From Thermoanaerobaculia bacterium (lineage in GTDB: Bacteria; Acidobacteriota; Thermoanaerobaculia; Multivoradales; SZUA-115): DNA of 64,000 bases. Below, piece by piece: positions 38,058 to 47,177 of the stretch. Positions within the stretch are counted from its first letter, which is position 1. Every line of letters begins with the position of its first letter. A program made the translations under genes and the position numbers. The notes below the pieces were generated by a model. It was not told the origin of the DNA and did not search any database. It saw only the letters and a list, made by a program, of their open reading frames with translations. The stretch covers positions 14,715-78,714 of the forward strand of contig JBIOXV010000172.1 in NCBI GenBank assembly GCA_044869805.1. The letters run 5' to 3'.

Positions 38058-39471
38058 GCCCGGCCGATTCCAGCTTCGCCGCCTCCTCCCGCACCACCTG
38101 GTCCGCGGTCAGGCTGGTGCGGGAACTCTTGATGACCGAGAGCTGGTCCAGTAGCCAGGGCGCCGGATCGGCGCCCGTGGCGCGGGCCGTCCTGGCGACG
38201 GCCGCGGCCGCGGCCTTGAGGCAGTTCCTGGGCTCGATGCGATCGAGCTCGTCCCAGAACCAGCCGCAGGAAGAGAACATGCGGTGCCTGAGGCGCTGCG
38301 CCTCGAGGAGATCGCCCAGGCGCGTGACCTCGATGCGCTTGAGCGCGCGCTTCGCAAAGGCGGCCGCCAGCTTGGGCAAGGTCCGCCGGCCGAGTGCCAA
38401 GTCGATCGCGGCCAGCAACAGGCCGTGCGGGTCGTCCACCAGCTCGCCGGCGGCCTGCTGGTAGGCGCGATCGAGATCGACCGCCAAGGCGTTGAGCGCG
38501 GCGCGCAGCGGCGCCTTCCAGTGCGCCTGCGGGGTGCAGTGGCAGAGGTCGCTCCAGCGCGCCACGCCATGGTGACAGCTCCAGGAGCTGGGCTCGACCA
38601 CCTCCATCGACTGGCGCGGCGGGTGCGCGTCGAGGAAGCGGGCGAGGTTGGTGACCTCGAAGCCAGCACGCGACGCGGAGCTCCTCAGCAGGCGGCGCAG
38701 GAAGAGCTGGCGGTCCTTCTGATGGTGGCCGTAGAGCTCGCCGTCGGTGGCGATGAGCAGCAGCCGGTCCTCGCCCTCGGGCTCGAGCCGGGCGCCCAGG
38801 GGCTTGAGCTGCTCGCGGGCGAAGCGGTCGGCGTTGGTGGTGGCGCTGGGGTCGAAGGAGATGCGGCCCGAGAGGCTGCGCACGAAGAAGAAGGCGGCGA
38901 GGCGCCGGCCCTGGGGAAGCTCCACCCAGTAGGGCCGCGTGGGGTCGAGGGTCTGGGTCTTCGCCTGCCAGGGGGCGAGGACCGTGAATTCGATCCCTTG
39001 CTCGGCCGCCACCGCCAGCGTCTCGCGGTCGGCCGCCGTCTCCGGCAGCCACAGGCCGCGGGGCTTCCGACCGAAGCGCCGCTCGAAGTCGGCAACTCCC
39101 CAGGCGATCTCGAGCTCCTTCTCGGCCCGGGTGGCGAGCGGCAGGATGGTGTGGTGGTAGCTCTGGGCGAGCGCTCCGCCGGTGCCCGAGCGGCCGGCTC
39201 CAGATCGCCGGGCGCTCGCCTTGTCGGCGGCGACGATCTTCTTGTGCACGGCGGGGGCCGCGCGCGCCATCCAGGCGAGCAGAGTGGGGCCGAAGTCGAA
39301 GGACAGCAGCTCGTAGTTGCCGGCCTCGGCGTTCGGCCGGTAGCACTCGGCGGTGATCTTCTCGTTGAAGTTGGGATAGGGATCGGCGCCGGGCTCTTCC
39401 GGGATCTCGCCGCTCGCCGGGTCGTCGCGCGGAGGTTGGTAGAAGTGGCCGTGGACGGCGAGGAAGGTCAC
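38035..39471 (-). CDS. Glycoside hydrolase family 57-like protein with a DUF3536 C-terminal region
   Basis: The N-terminus (V)TFLAVHGHFYQPPRDDPASGEI...NFNEKITAECYRPNAEA is characteristic of GH57/DUF3536 proteins. A GTG start at 39469-39471 is inferred. The remaining 673 aa of the 1151-aa track ORF upstream are spurious. Confidence 0.8.
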   Translation of the reverse strand: MTFLAVHGHFYQPPRDDPASGEIPEEPGADPYPNFNEKITAECYRPNAEAGNYELLSFDFGPTLLAWMARAAPAVHKKIVAADKASARRSGAGRSGTGGALAQSYHHTILPLATRAEKELEIAWGVADFERRFGRKPRGLWLPETAADRETLAVAAEQGIEFTVLAPWQAKTQTLDPTRPYWVELPQGRRLAAFFFVRSLSGRISFDPSATTNADRFAREQLKPLGARLEPEGEDRLLLIATDGELYGHHQKDRQLFLRRLLRSSASRAGFEVTNLARFLDAHPPRQSMEVVEPSSWSCHHGVARWSDLCHCTPQAHWKAPLRAALNALAVDLDRAYQQAAGELVDDPHGLLLAAIDLALGRRTLPKLAAAFAKRALKRIEVTRLGDLLEAQRLRHRMFSSCGWFWDELDRIEPRNCLKAAAAAVARTARATGADPAPWLLDQLSVIKSSRTSLTADQVVREEAAKLESAGLSYSPAP

Positions 39472-40688
39472 GCCGCCCGTACCTTGACTCGCTCCCCCAC
39501 CAGCTCGAGCAGGCGCTTGAGCTCGTCGTAATCCGGGTAGCGCAGCCGCACCCAGGCGTTGGCCATGTAGCCCGCCTCCACCGGCTGGGTACGCGAGCCC
39601 ACCGGTGGAAAGTGATAGTCGATGATCCACTCCGCGAGCTCGTGCTCCATCTCCTCGACGCCCTCGTAGGCGACGATCCGCCCGTCGCGGTCCGGCCGCA
39701 GGTTGACGATGCCGGCCGAGAAGCGCCGGCTGGGCACCTGGGTGGTGTGGCCGTGGACGATCGCCGCCGCCCACTCGCGGTAGACGTCCATCTCGTTGGC
39801 GGCGCAGTAGAGGTCCCAGGCGCCCACCCCCGGCGGCCGGCAGCCGATCTCCGAGAACTTGAGGCCCTTGTTGCCGAAGAACCACTCCATGTGGGTGGCC
39901 GAGGTGCCGATCGAGAGCGCCGCGATCACCTGCGTCCCCAGCCGCTTGACCTCGTCGTACCCTGAAGAGTCGATGCGGTTGGTGGCGATGAACATCGGCG
40001 AGACGTGGCGCTCGCGCATCGCGGTCAGCACCCGCGGGTAGTAGTGGGTGATGAACTCGTGGCCTACCTCGCCGCCGGCGGTGATGGTGTCGTAGAAGCC
40101 CTCGTGCCCGTCGATGAACTCCTCGACGGCGACCGAGGCGCCGCGCTCGAAGCCCTGCTCGGCAATCGCCGCCTCGAGCTCGCGCGCGTCGTCGGCGCGC
40201 GTGGTGCCGGCGGCGCCGGCGCCGCTCCTCGGCTTCAAGATCACGGGGAAGCCGACGCGCGCCGCGAAGTCGCGCACCTCCGCGGCCGAGGAAGCCGCCG
40301 CCGACTGCGCGCAGGGGATGCCCTGCTCGCGCAGGAACTCCTTCATCGCCGGCTTGTCGCGGCAGAGGTAGGTGGTCTGGACCGAGGTGCCGGGGATGCC
40401 GCAGGCCTCGCGCACATGCGCCGCGGTCATCACGTGCGCCTCGATGGTGGCTTCGAGGCGATCCACCCAGCCGCGCCGCTGCACGTTGCGCACCGCCTCG
40501 AGCAGGGACTCCTCGTGTACCACCGAGGAGACCTCCTCGTAGTCGTGCAGCATTCGCCTGAGATCGGACGGCAGGGCCGAGGCCGGCACCTCGCCGATCG
40601 CCGTCACCTTGGCCCCCACCTCGGCCAGGCCGCGCACGAACTTGCGCTGGTTGAAGGGGAAGGCGGGCTCCACGAAGACCACGTGCAT
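39468..40688 (-). CDS. ATP-grasp domain ligase (paralog 1 of 3)
   Basis: MHVVFVEPAFPF is the N-terminus. A central ATP-grasp fold (VILKPRSGAGAAG, HMEWFF, EIGCRPPG) is present. Its stop overlaps the GH57 GTG start (GTGA). Confidence 0.75.
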   Translation of the reverse strand: MHVVFVEPAFPFNQRKFVRGLAEVGAKVTAIGEVPASALPSDLRRMLHDYEEVSSVVHEESLLEAVRNVQRRGWVDRLEATIEAHVMTAAHVREACGIPGTSVQTTYLCRDKPAMKEFLREQGIPCAQSAAASSAAEVRDFAARVGFPVILKPRSGAGAAGTTRADDARELEAAIAEQGFERGASVAVEEFIDGHEGFYDTITAGGEVGHEFITHYYPRVLTAMRERHVSPMFIATNRIDSSGYDEVKRLGTQVIAALSIGTSATHMEWFFGNKGLKFSEIGCRPPGVGAWDLYCAANEMDVYREWAAAIVHGHTTQVPSRRFSAGIVNLRPDRDGRIVAYEGVEEMEHELAEWIIDYHFPPVGSRTQPVEAGYMANAWVRLRYPDYDELKRLLELVGERVKVRAA

Positions 40689-40731
40689 GCGGGTTCTCCA
40701 AAGCCGGGAACGCGGGGATAATACACCGCCT

Positions 40732-41682
40732 ATGGCGAGGGCTATCGTTCTTCTGGGGCCGCAGCGGCTGCAGCCGACGCTGGTATCGGTGTGCGACGAG
40801 ATGGGCCTTCGGGGTCCCATCGCGGCGGTCACCGCCGGCTGGCAGGAGCGCGAGGCCGAGGTCGAGGAGATGCGGGCGCATCTCAATCGCCCGGTGGTCA
40901 ACCTGATGCTCCACGAGCGGGGCGAGAAGCTCTTCGCCGCCGATCCCAGGCTGGCCGAGAAGTACCGCGAGCGGCAGGACCGCCTGCGCGACCTGCAAGC
41001 GCTCTACCGCCTGCGCCTGGCCCACGCCCTGGCCGCGGCGCGCGAGGTGATGAGCCGCGCCGCCGCTTCGCTTCCCGGGGGCTCGGAGCTGTTCGAGCCC
41101 GAGGTCGAGGCGGCGATCGACGCCGTGCGCGACCTGGACGCGCACCACCTGGCGCGCGTGCGCGAGGTGCACGCGCGCTTCGAGGCCGAGGCGAGGCCCC
41201 TCGAGCGGCCCGCCCTGCTGCGCCACCGGCACGAGCTCGGCCGCCTGCTCGCCGGCTCCACGGCGCTCGCCATCGCCGGCGGCCACGTCGCCGTGCTGCT
41301 CAACCGGCTGCGCCTCTTCGGGGTGCTGGAGCTCGCCGGCGCGCGGCCGATCATCGCCTGGTCGGCCGGCGCCATGGTGCTCGGCGACCGCGTCGTCCTG
41401 TTCCACGACAACCCGCCGCAGGGCGCCGGCAACGCCGAGCTGCTGGAGGCCGGGCTGGGGCTGTTCGCCGACCTGCTGCCCCTGCCGCACGCCGGCAAGC
41501 GCCTAGAGCTCGACGACACCCTGCGCGTCTCGCTCTTCGCCCGTCGCTTCGCCCCCGCCGCCTGCGTGGCCTTGGATCCCCTGGCCCGCGTCTCGCGCCG
41601 CGAGGCCGGCGGCTGGCGGCCGGGCCCCGGCACCCAGGTACTGACCGCCAAGGGAGCCCTGCGGAAGGCCGCTTCGCTATGA
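40732..41682 (+). CDS. Peptidase S51-like protein (peptidase E/cyanophycinase family; class I glutamine-amidotransferase-like fold)
   Basis: RPIIAWSAGAMVLGDRVVLFHD resembles the GxSAG nucleophile region of S51 peptidases, and the protein is about 316 aa. The family call comes from motif recognition only. Confidence 0.5.
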   Translation: MARAIVLLGPQRLQPTLVSVCDEMGLRGPIAAVTAGWQEREAEVEEMRAHLNRPVVNLMLHERGEKLFAADPRLAEKYRERQDRLRDLQALYRLRLAHALAAAREVMSRAAASLPGGSELFEPEVEAAIDAVRDLDAHHLARVREVHARFEAEARPLERPALLRHRHELGRLLAGSTALAIAGGHVAVLLNRLRLFGVLELAGARPIIAWSAGAMVLGDRVVLFHDNPPQGAGNAELLEAGLGLFADLLPLPHAGKRLELDDTLRVSLFARRFAPAACVALDPLARVSRREAGGWRPGPGTQVLTAKGALRKAASL

Positions 41683-42815
41683 GCCTGGCGATCCACGAGC
41701 TGCAGCGCAAGAAGCGCATCACCACCAAGGCGGTCGACGACTTCCTGGCCAAGAACGCCTTCCCGCTGGTCGAGGGGCCGAGCGTGACCTTCGTCTATCG
41801 CGGCAAGGCGGACGCCGTGCTGCTCCAGCACTTCATCTACGGGCTGCCCACCTCGCGGCCCTTCAAGCGCATCGACGGCGCCGACCTCTGGTACCTGGTG
41901 ATGGAGCTCCCCGCCAACTCGCGGGTGGAGTACAAGCTGAACGTGGTGAACGGCAAGGATCACCACTGGATCCGCGATCCTTTAAACCCGGTCACCGCCC
42001 GCGACCCGTTCGGCGCCAACTCGGTGGTTCACTCCGCGGGGCACGTGCAGCCGGATTGGACGCTCTTCGACCCGGAGGCCCGCCCCGGCACGATCGAGGA
42101 GCGCGAGATCAAGAGCGAGGCCTTCAAGCGTACCCACGGCTACCGGCTCTACCTGCCGGCACGCTTCAGGACTACCCGGCGCTACCCGCTCCTCGTCCTC
42201 CACGACGGCGACGACTACCTGCGCTTCGCCTCCCTCCAGACGGTGCTCGACAACCTGATCCACCGCATGGAGGTGGCGCCGATCATCGTCGCGCTGATCT
42301 CTTCGCGCGAGCGCCTGACCGAGTACGCGGACGACCCGCGCCACGCGCGCTTCGTGGCCGAGGAGCTGCTGCCCCAGCTCGACCGTACCCTGCCCCTGGA
42401 GCCCTCCCCGGCGGCCCGCGGCCTCGCCGGAGCGAGCTTCGGCGCCGTGGCGTCGCTGGCCACCGCCTGGCGCTACTCCGGGCGCTTCGGCAGGCTGCTC
42501 CTGCAGTCGGGCTCCTTCGCCTTCACCGACATCGGCCACCACAAGCGGGGCCCGGCCTTCGACCCGGTGGTCAAGTTCGTCAACGCCTTCCGCGATCAGC
42601 CGGGGCGGCCGACGGAGAAGGTCTTCGTCTCCTGCGGCACCTACGAGTCGCTGATCTACGAGAACCGCTCGCTCGTCCCGCTGCTGCAGGCCACCGGCAT
42701 GGAGGTCCGCTACGTGGAGGCGCGCGACGGCCACAACTGGGAGAACTGGCGCGACCGCCTGCGCGAGGGCCTCTCGTGGCTGTTCCCCGGGCCACTGTGG
42801 ATGGTGTATGAGTAG
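41679..42815 (+). CDS. Esterase-family alpha/beta hydrolase (PF00756-like) with an N-terminal Ig-like/CBM48-like domain
   Basis: The N-terminal beta domain (VTFVYRGKADAVLLQHF...WYLVMELPANSRVEYKLNV) resembles the enterochelin-esterase N-domain and CBM48. The catalytic region LAGASFGA is present. Its ATG overlaps the preceding stop (ATGA). Confidence 0.7.
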   Translation: MSLAIHELQRKKRITTKAVDDFLAKNAFPLVEGPSVTFVYRGKADAVLLQHFIYGLPTSRPFKRIDGADLWYLVMELPANSRVEYKLNVVNGKDHHWIRDPLNPVTARDPFGANSVVHSAGHVQPDWTLFDPEARPGTIEEREIKSEAFKRTHGYRLYLPARFRTTRRYPLLVLHDGDDYLRFASLQTVLDNLIHRMEVAPIIVALISSRERLTEYADDPRHARFVAEELLPQLDRTLPLEPSPAARGLAGASFGAVASLATAWRYSGRFGRLLLQSGSFAFTDIGHHKRGPAFDPVVKFVNAFRDQPGRPTEKVFVSCGTYESLIYENRSLVPLLQATGMEVRYVEARDGHNWENWRDRLREGLSWLFPGPLWMVYE

Positions 42816-42840
42816 ACCACCTACCGACGAAAGGTAAACC

Positions 42841-44112
42841 ATGGCCACCGTCACCAAGAAGATCGGGCTCTCCCTGGGCGCAGACCTCTGCTGGCCCCTG
42901 TGCTACGAGGAGATCGTCAAGCAGCTCGAGCTGGCGGTGCCGATCGACGGGCACACGGTCGGCGTCGAAGTCGAACGGGTCACTATCGAGCCCTTCAACC
43001 TGCGCCAGCCGGTGAAGTACGACTTGGTGCTCGATCGGCTCACCCACTGGTACCACACCAGCCGCGAGTGGATCAAAAAAGCGGTGCTGATGAACGACCT
43101 CTACGTGCTCAACAACCCGTGGGCCATCCAGTCTATGGAGAAGCACACCACCTACTGCGCCATGATGCGCCTCGGCTTCCCGATCCCCGAGACCTGGATG
43201 CTGCCGCCCAAGGAGTACGAGCCCTCCGACGACCTGCAGGTCACGCTCGAGCGCTACGCGCGGCTCTTCAGCCTGTCCTCGATCGGCGACGAGGTCGGAT
43301 ACCCGATGTTCATGAAGCCGTTCGACGGCGGCGCCTGGAAGGGGGTGCAGCGCATCGAGGACGCCGCCGCCCTGCGCGCGGCCTACGAAGGCAGCGGCAA
43401 GAACATCATGCACCTGCAGAAGGCGGTGGAGGGCTTCGACCTCTTCGTGCGCGGCATCGGCATCGGGCCGCAGGTGCGCTGCGTGCGTTACAACCCGTCG
43501 GCGCCGCTCCATGCGCGCTACGAGGTGGCCTTCAACTTCCTGACCGGCGAGGAGGCCTCCTACCTGCGCGACCAGACGCTGACCATCAACACCTTCTTCG
43601 GCTGGGACTTCAACTCCTGCGAGTCGCTGCGCCAGGGCGGGGTCTTCTACCCTATCGACTTCGCCAACGCCTGCCCCGACTCGCAGGTGACCTCGCTGCA
43701 CTTCCATTTCCCTTGGCTGGTCAAGGCGCAGGTGCGCTGGAGCCTGTTCTGCGCCCTGACCGATCGCAAGATGCGCAAGAACCTGGACTGGGAGCCGTAC
43801 TACCTGATCGCCGACCGCGACGACCTCTCCTTCCGAGAGAAGCTCGCCGCCTACGCCCAGATCGCCGACCAGCGCCTGGACACCGAGCGCTTCCAGGACT
43901 TCTGCAACCGCAATTTGGCGCACCTCGACGAGGTGTCGTGGGAGTTCTTCGGCACCGGCACCGCCAAGGAGGCAGTGCGCAGCAAGGTGGCCGCCCTCTT
44001 CCCGGAGCACGAGATCGAAGAGTTCACCGAGCACTTCTGGGGCCTGATCCAGTTCTGGCGCAAGACCGAGTCCGACCGCATCGGCACGGGGCGAGGGGAG
44101 GAGACGGCGTAG
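42841..44112 (+). CDS. Distinct ATP-grasp-like ligase (RimK/GshB-like fold), family unassigned
   Basis: GYPMFMKPFDGGAWKGV is a K-P ATP-binding loop, and a C-terminal YPIDFANACP segment is Mg-site-like. The composition is unusually rich in aromatic residues and Lys and poor in Ala and Arg for this genome. Confidence 0.55.
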   Translation: MATVTKKIGLSLGADLCWPLCYEEIVKQLELAVPIDGHTVGVEVERVTIEPFNLRQPVKYDLVLDRLTHWYHTSREWIKKAVLMNDLYVLNNPWAIQSMEKHTTYCAMMRLGFPIPETWMLPPKEYEPSDDLQVTLERYARLFSLSSIGDEVGYPMFMKPFDGGAWKGVQRIEDAAALRAAYEGSGKNIMHLQKAVEGFDLFVRGIGIGPQVRCVRYNPSAPLHARYEVAFNFLTGEEASYLRDQTLTINTFFGWDFNSCESLRQGGVFYPIDFANACPDSQVTSLHFHFPWLVKAQVRWSLFCALTDRKMRKNLDWEPYYLIADRDDLSFREKLAAYAQIADQRLDTERFQDFCNRNLAHLDEVSWEFFGTGTAKEAVRSKVAALFPEHEIEEFTEHFWGLIQFWRKTESDRIGTGRGEETA

Positions 44113-44167
44113 GTCGACCTTTCCAAGCTCGCCCGCCTTCGCACTCTGCGACTGGAGACACTTGCCT

Positions 44168-47167
44168 ATGGCCTCTCGCCGCCTGATCTGCCTCGCCTTC
44201 GCTTTCATGGCCGCCGCGGCTCGCGGTGACGACGACCTCGACGCGCGCCTCGCCGAGATCGCCGCCTGCCAGCTCGACACCGCCAAGGCGGTCACCGTCC
44301 GCGGCCTCGCGCTCAACACCGGCATGGCCACCCTCAAGGTGGACACCGGCACCTTCTTCCCCGCCAGCCCGGTGGCCGGCCGGGTGACGGAAGCGGTCTT
44401 CCTGGGCAAGGCGCGGCTGGTGCTCGATCCCCCCGACGAGATCGAGCGCGCGCAGCTCGAGATCTTCACCGGCCGGACGCGCCTCGAGGTGGAGATCTCC
44501 GAGGCCGCTTTCGTGCTCGCCAGTGACCGGGCCGCGGAAGCGGTGTTCAAGCGCTCGCCGGCCGCGGTCGAGCCGGCCCTCGCCAGCCGGGCGACGGAGC
44601 TCTTCGCCACCTGGAAGGCGAGCCCGGAGCGCAAGCAGCTCGACGTCGACGGCGCCATCCTCGCCGACAGCCTCGGCGACGCCTTCGCCCAGGGCTACTT
44701 CGCCGGCTGGTTCCAGAGCGCGGAGCTGGGCAAGTTCCTCTACCTGGTCGAGCCGAGCTCCGTCGAGCAGGTGACGCTCGGGCAGTTCGTGCCCATCGAC
44801 CTCACCAAGAAAGAGAAACGCAAGGCGGCCAAGCTGATCCACCGCGAGCAGCGGCGGGGGCGGCTGATCGGCATCGAGGTCGAGGACCTGGGGCAGTGGG
44901 ATACCTGGGTCTCGGCCTCGCTCCGCGGCGCCGCGGCCGGGCCCACGCCCGGCGATCCCGGCTTCGAGCCCGAGCGCTACGTGGTCGATCTCTCGCTCGC
45001 CGACCGCGACCTCGCGGTCAGCGGCCGGGCGCAGATCCAGCTCCGGGCCACGCTCGGCATCACCCGCATCGTGCACCTCGCCGTCCACTCCGAGCTCGAA
45101 GTGACGAAGGTGCTGGGCGAAGGCGGGGAGGCGCTGCCCTTCCGCCAGACCGGCGGCGAGGTGATGGTCGTGCTGCCGCGGGCGCCGGCGGCGGGAGAGA
45201 CCGCCGTCGTCGAGGCCCACTTCGACGGGGAGCTGCTGGAGAAGGTCGAGGGCGGCGTCTTCCTCCTCGCCGAGACCGTGAACTGGCACCCCCACGCCGG
45301 CGACGTCGACCGTGCCACCTACGACGTGACCTTCCACTGGCCGGGGCGCCTCGAGCTGCTGGCCGGCGGCAAGCGGGTGGGCGGCGGCGCGGAGAAGAGC
45401 GGCCGGCAATGGGAGCGGCGGTCGATCGAGCTGCCGGCCGCGGGGCTCGGCTTCGAGGTCGGCAAGTTCCATCTCACGACCCGCCAGGCCGGGCACGTGG
45501 CGATCCGGCTGGGGATGATGCCTTTCGCCGGCGAGGGCCGCAAAGGAATCGAGGAACGCATCCTCGATGCCGCCAGCCGGTCCCTCACCTACTTCGAGGA
45601 GGCCTTCGGTCCCTACCCGCTCGACGAGCTGATCCTAGTGCTGACCCCGCGCCTCTACTCGCAGGCCCTGCTCGGTTTCGTCACCCTGTCGGCGGTGATG
45701 ATGGCCGAAGACAGCCTCTTGGTCTGGCTGATCGGCCTCGAGGACCCGCGCACGGTGATCGCCCACGAGGTCGCGCACCAGTGGTGGGGCCACCAGGTGG
45801 GCTGGCTGGGCTACCGCGACCAGTGGCTGTCCGAGGCGATGGCCAACTACGCGGCGGTGCTCTTCGCGCGGAACGAGCTCGGCGGCGAGCTGCGCTACGC
45901 CCGCGGCCCCACCTCCGACTGGCAGGCGGCGCTGCTCGAGGAGACCGCGGACGGCCGGCCCATCGAGTCGCTGGGGCCGCTGGTGCTCGGGGCGCGGCTC
46001 TCCTCGAGCCGCGGCGGCGACGCCTATAGCTCGATCGTCTACCGCAAGGGGGCGGTAGTGCTCGACATGCTCGCCCGCCGCTTCGGCGAGCAGGCCTTCC
46101 TCGGCATGCTCAAGAAGACCGCCGAGGTCGCCGCCCACCGCGCCATCTCGACCGAGATCTTCCTCGACGCGCTGGAGCGGCAGTCCGGGGTCGAGCTCGA
46201 CGGCTTCGCCGGCCAGTTCATCTACGGCACCGGCCTGCCGGAGGTGTACTACGACTACACCTTCGCCCAGGCGGAGGGCGGCAAGTGGAAGGTGACCGGC
46301 ACCGCCCGCCAGAGCGCCCCTTACCGCTTCCGGTACCGCGTGGTGGAGAGCGCCGGCGGCTTCGACGTGGGGCGCGAGCGGATCGACCTGGCGCGGGTCG
46401 CCGACTCGGCGCTGATCGTGCCGGTGCAGATCGCGCTGTACGACCCGACGAAGCAGGAGGAGAAGAAGGCGAAGCGCAGCGAGGCGCGCGCGATCGGCAA
46501 CAGTCTGCTCTCGGGCCACATCCTGCTCCGGGGCGAGTCGACGCCCCTCTCCTTCGAGCTCGACCACGAGCCCAAGGAGGTCTGGCTCGACCGCCGGGAG
46601 GAGGTGTTCGGCCGCTTCTTCAACCAGCGTCGGCATCCGAAGCGCATGCTCCTGTACCAGGCGATCGACCTCGCGGCCGCCGGCCGCCGCGAGGAGGCGC
46701 TGGCGCTCGCCGCCCAGGCCCTCGCCGCCGAGACCTTCTCCGGCCCCCGTTACGAGGACTCTCCCGGGCCCGAGGACCTCGAGGCCGAGGCGCAGTCGCT
46801 CGACGGCCAGGTGCACCTCCTGCTCGGCCGCCTCCACCTCGACGCCGGCCGCGACGCCGAGGCGCGCTCGGCGCTGGGCGCGGCGAGAGACCTCCTCGAG
46901 CCCGGCAAGCACCCGTGGCGGAAGGGGGAGATCGACCTGCTGGACGCCCGCCTGGCGCTGCACGAGAAGGACTTCGAGCGCGCCTACCGCCTGCTGCGCA
47001 AGGGGGTGGTCAAGCAGGGCACCATCGAGGGCGCCGAGGGCTCGCTGCTGCTGGCGATCGCGGCCCGCGCCACCGGCCACACCGAGGAAGCGAAGCAGGC
47101 GATCGAGGACGCCAAGCAAGGAGGCGCCGAGGTGGGGGCGCTCACCGCGGCGGCCAAGCCCCGCTGA
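44168..47167 (+). CDS. Secreted M1-family zinc metallopeptidase (aminopeptidase-N-like) with a C-terminal TPR region
   Basis: A signal peptide is followed by the M1 signatures IAHEVAHQWWGHQVGW and downstream LSEAMANY. The C-terminal roughly 250 aa carry TPR-like repeats. Confidence 0.8.
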   Translation: MASRRLICLAFAFMAAAARGDDDLDARLAEIAACQLDTAKAVTVRGLALNTGMATLKVDTGTFFPASPVAGRVTEAVFLGKARLVLDPPDEIERAQLEIFTGRTRLEVEISEAAFVLASDRAAEAVFKRSPAAVEPALASRATELFATWKASPERKQLDVDGAILADSLGDAFAQGYFAGWFQSAELGKFLYLVEPSSVEQVTLGQFVPIDLTKKEKRKAAKLIHREQRRGRLIGIEVEDLGQWDTWVSASLRGAAAGPTPGDPGFEPERYVVDLSLADRDLAVSGRAQIQLRATLGITRIVHLAVHSELEVTKVLGEGGEALPFRQTGGEVMVVLPRAPAAGETAVVEAHFDGELLEKVEGGVFLLAETVNWHPHAGDVDRATYDVTFHWPGRLELLAGGKRVGGGAEKSGRQWERRSIELPAAGLGFEVGKFHLTTRQAGHVAIRLGMMPFAGEGRKGIEERILDAASRSLTYFEEAFGPYPLDELILVLTPRLYSQALLGFVTLSAVMMAEDSLLVWLIGLEDPRTVIAHEVAHQWWGHQVGWLGYRDQWLSEAMANYAAVLFARNELGGELRYARGPTSDWQAALLEETADGRPIESLGPLVLGARLSSSRGGDAYSSIVYRKGAVVLDMLARRFGEQAFLGMLKKTAEVAAHRAISTEIFLDALERQSGVELDGFAGQFIYGTGLPEVYYDYTFAQAEGGKWKVTGTARQSAPYRFRYRVVESAGGFDVGRERIDLARVADSALIVPVQIALYDPTKQEEKKAKRSEARAIGNSLLSGHILLRGESTPLSFELDHEPKEVWLDRREEVFGRFFNQRRHPKRMLLYQAIDLAAAGRREEALALAAQALAAETFSGPRYEDSPGPEDLEAEAQSLDGQVHLLLGRLHLDAGRDAEARSALGAARDLLEPGKHPWRKGEIDLLDARLALHEKDFERAYRLLRKGVVKQGTIEGAEGSLLLAIAARATGHTEEAKQAIEDAKQGGAEVGALTAAAKPR

Positions 47168-47177
47168 CCGCCGGCCG

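Noticed and set aside
39472-41490. Upstream 673 aa of the 1151-aa minus-strand ORF containing the GH57 gene. Similarly 49044-51047 upstream of glgA, 31595-32443 upstream of yebC, 57790-58443 upstream of the CHAT gene and 54421-54822 upstream of the VWFA gene.
   Set aside because: These are spurious N-terminal extensions that run through other confidently called genes (ATP-grasp paralog 1, glgC, the DUF2265 aminopeptidase, the anti-sigma factor, the OMP gene). The conserved protein N-termini and start codons lie where the genes are annotated.
40732-41682. Interpreting the S51-like gene plus the ATP-grasps as a canonical cyanophycin cphA/cphB pair.
   Set aside because: No CphA-like multi-domain synthetase (ATP-grasp plus Mur-ligase) is present. 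The ATP-grasp proteins are about 400-aa single-module enzymes, and the S51 call itself rests on a short motif. The idea is kept only as a hypothesis in the findings.
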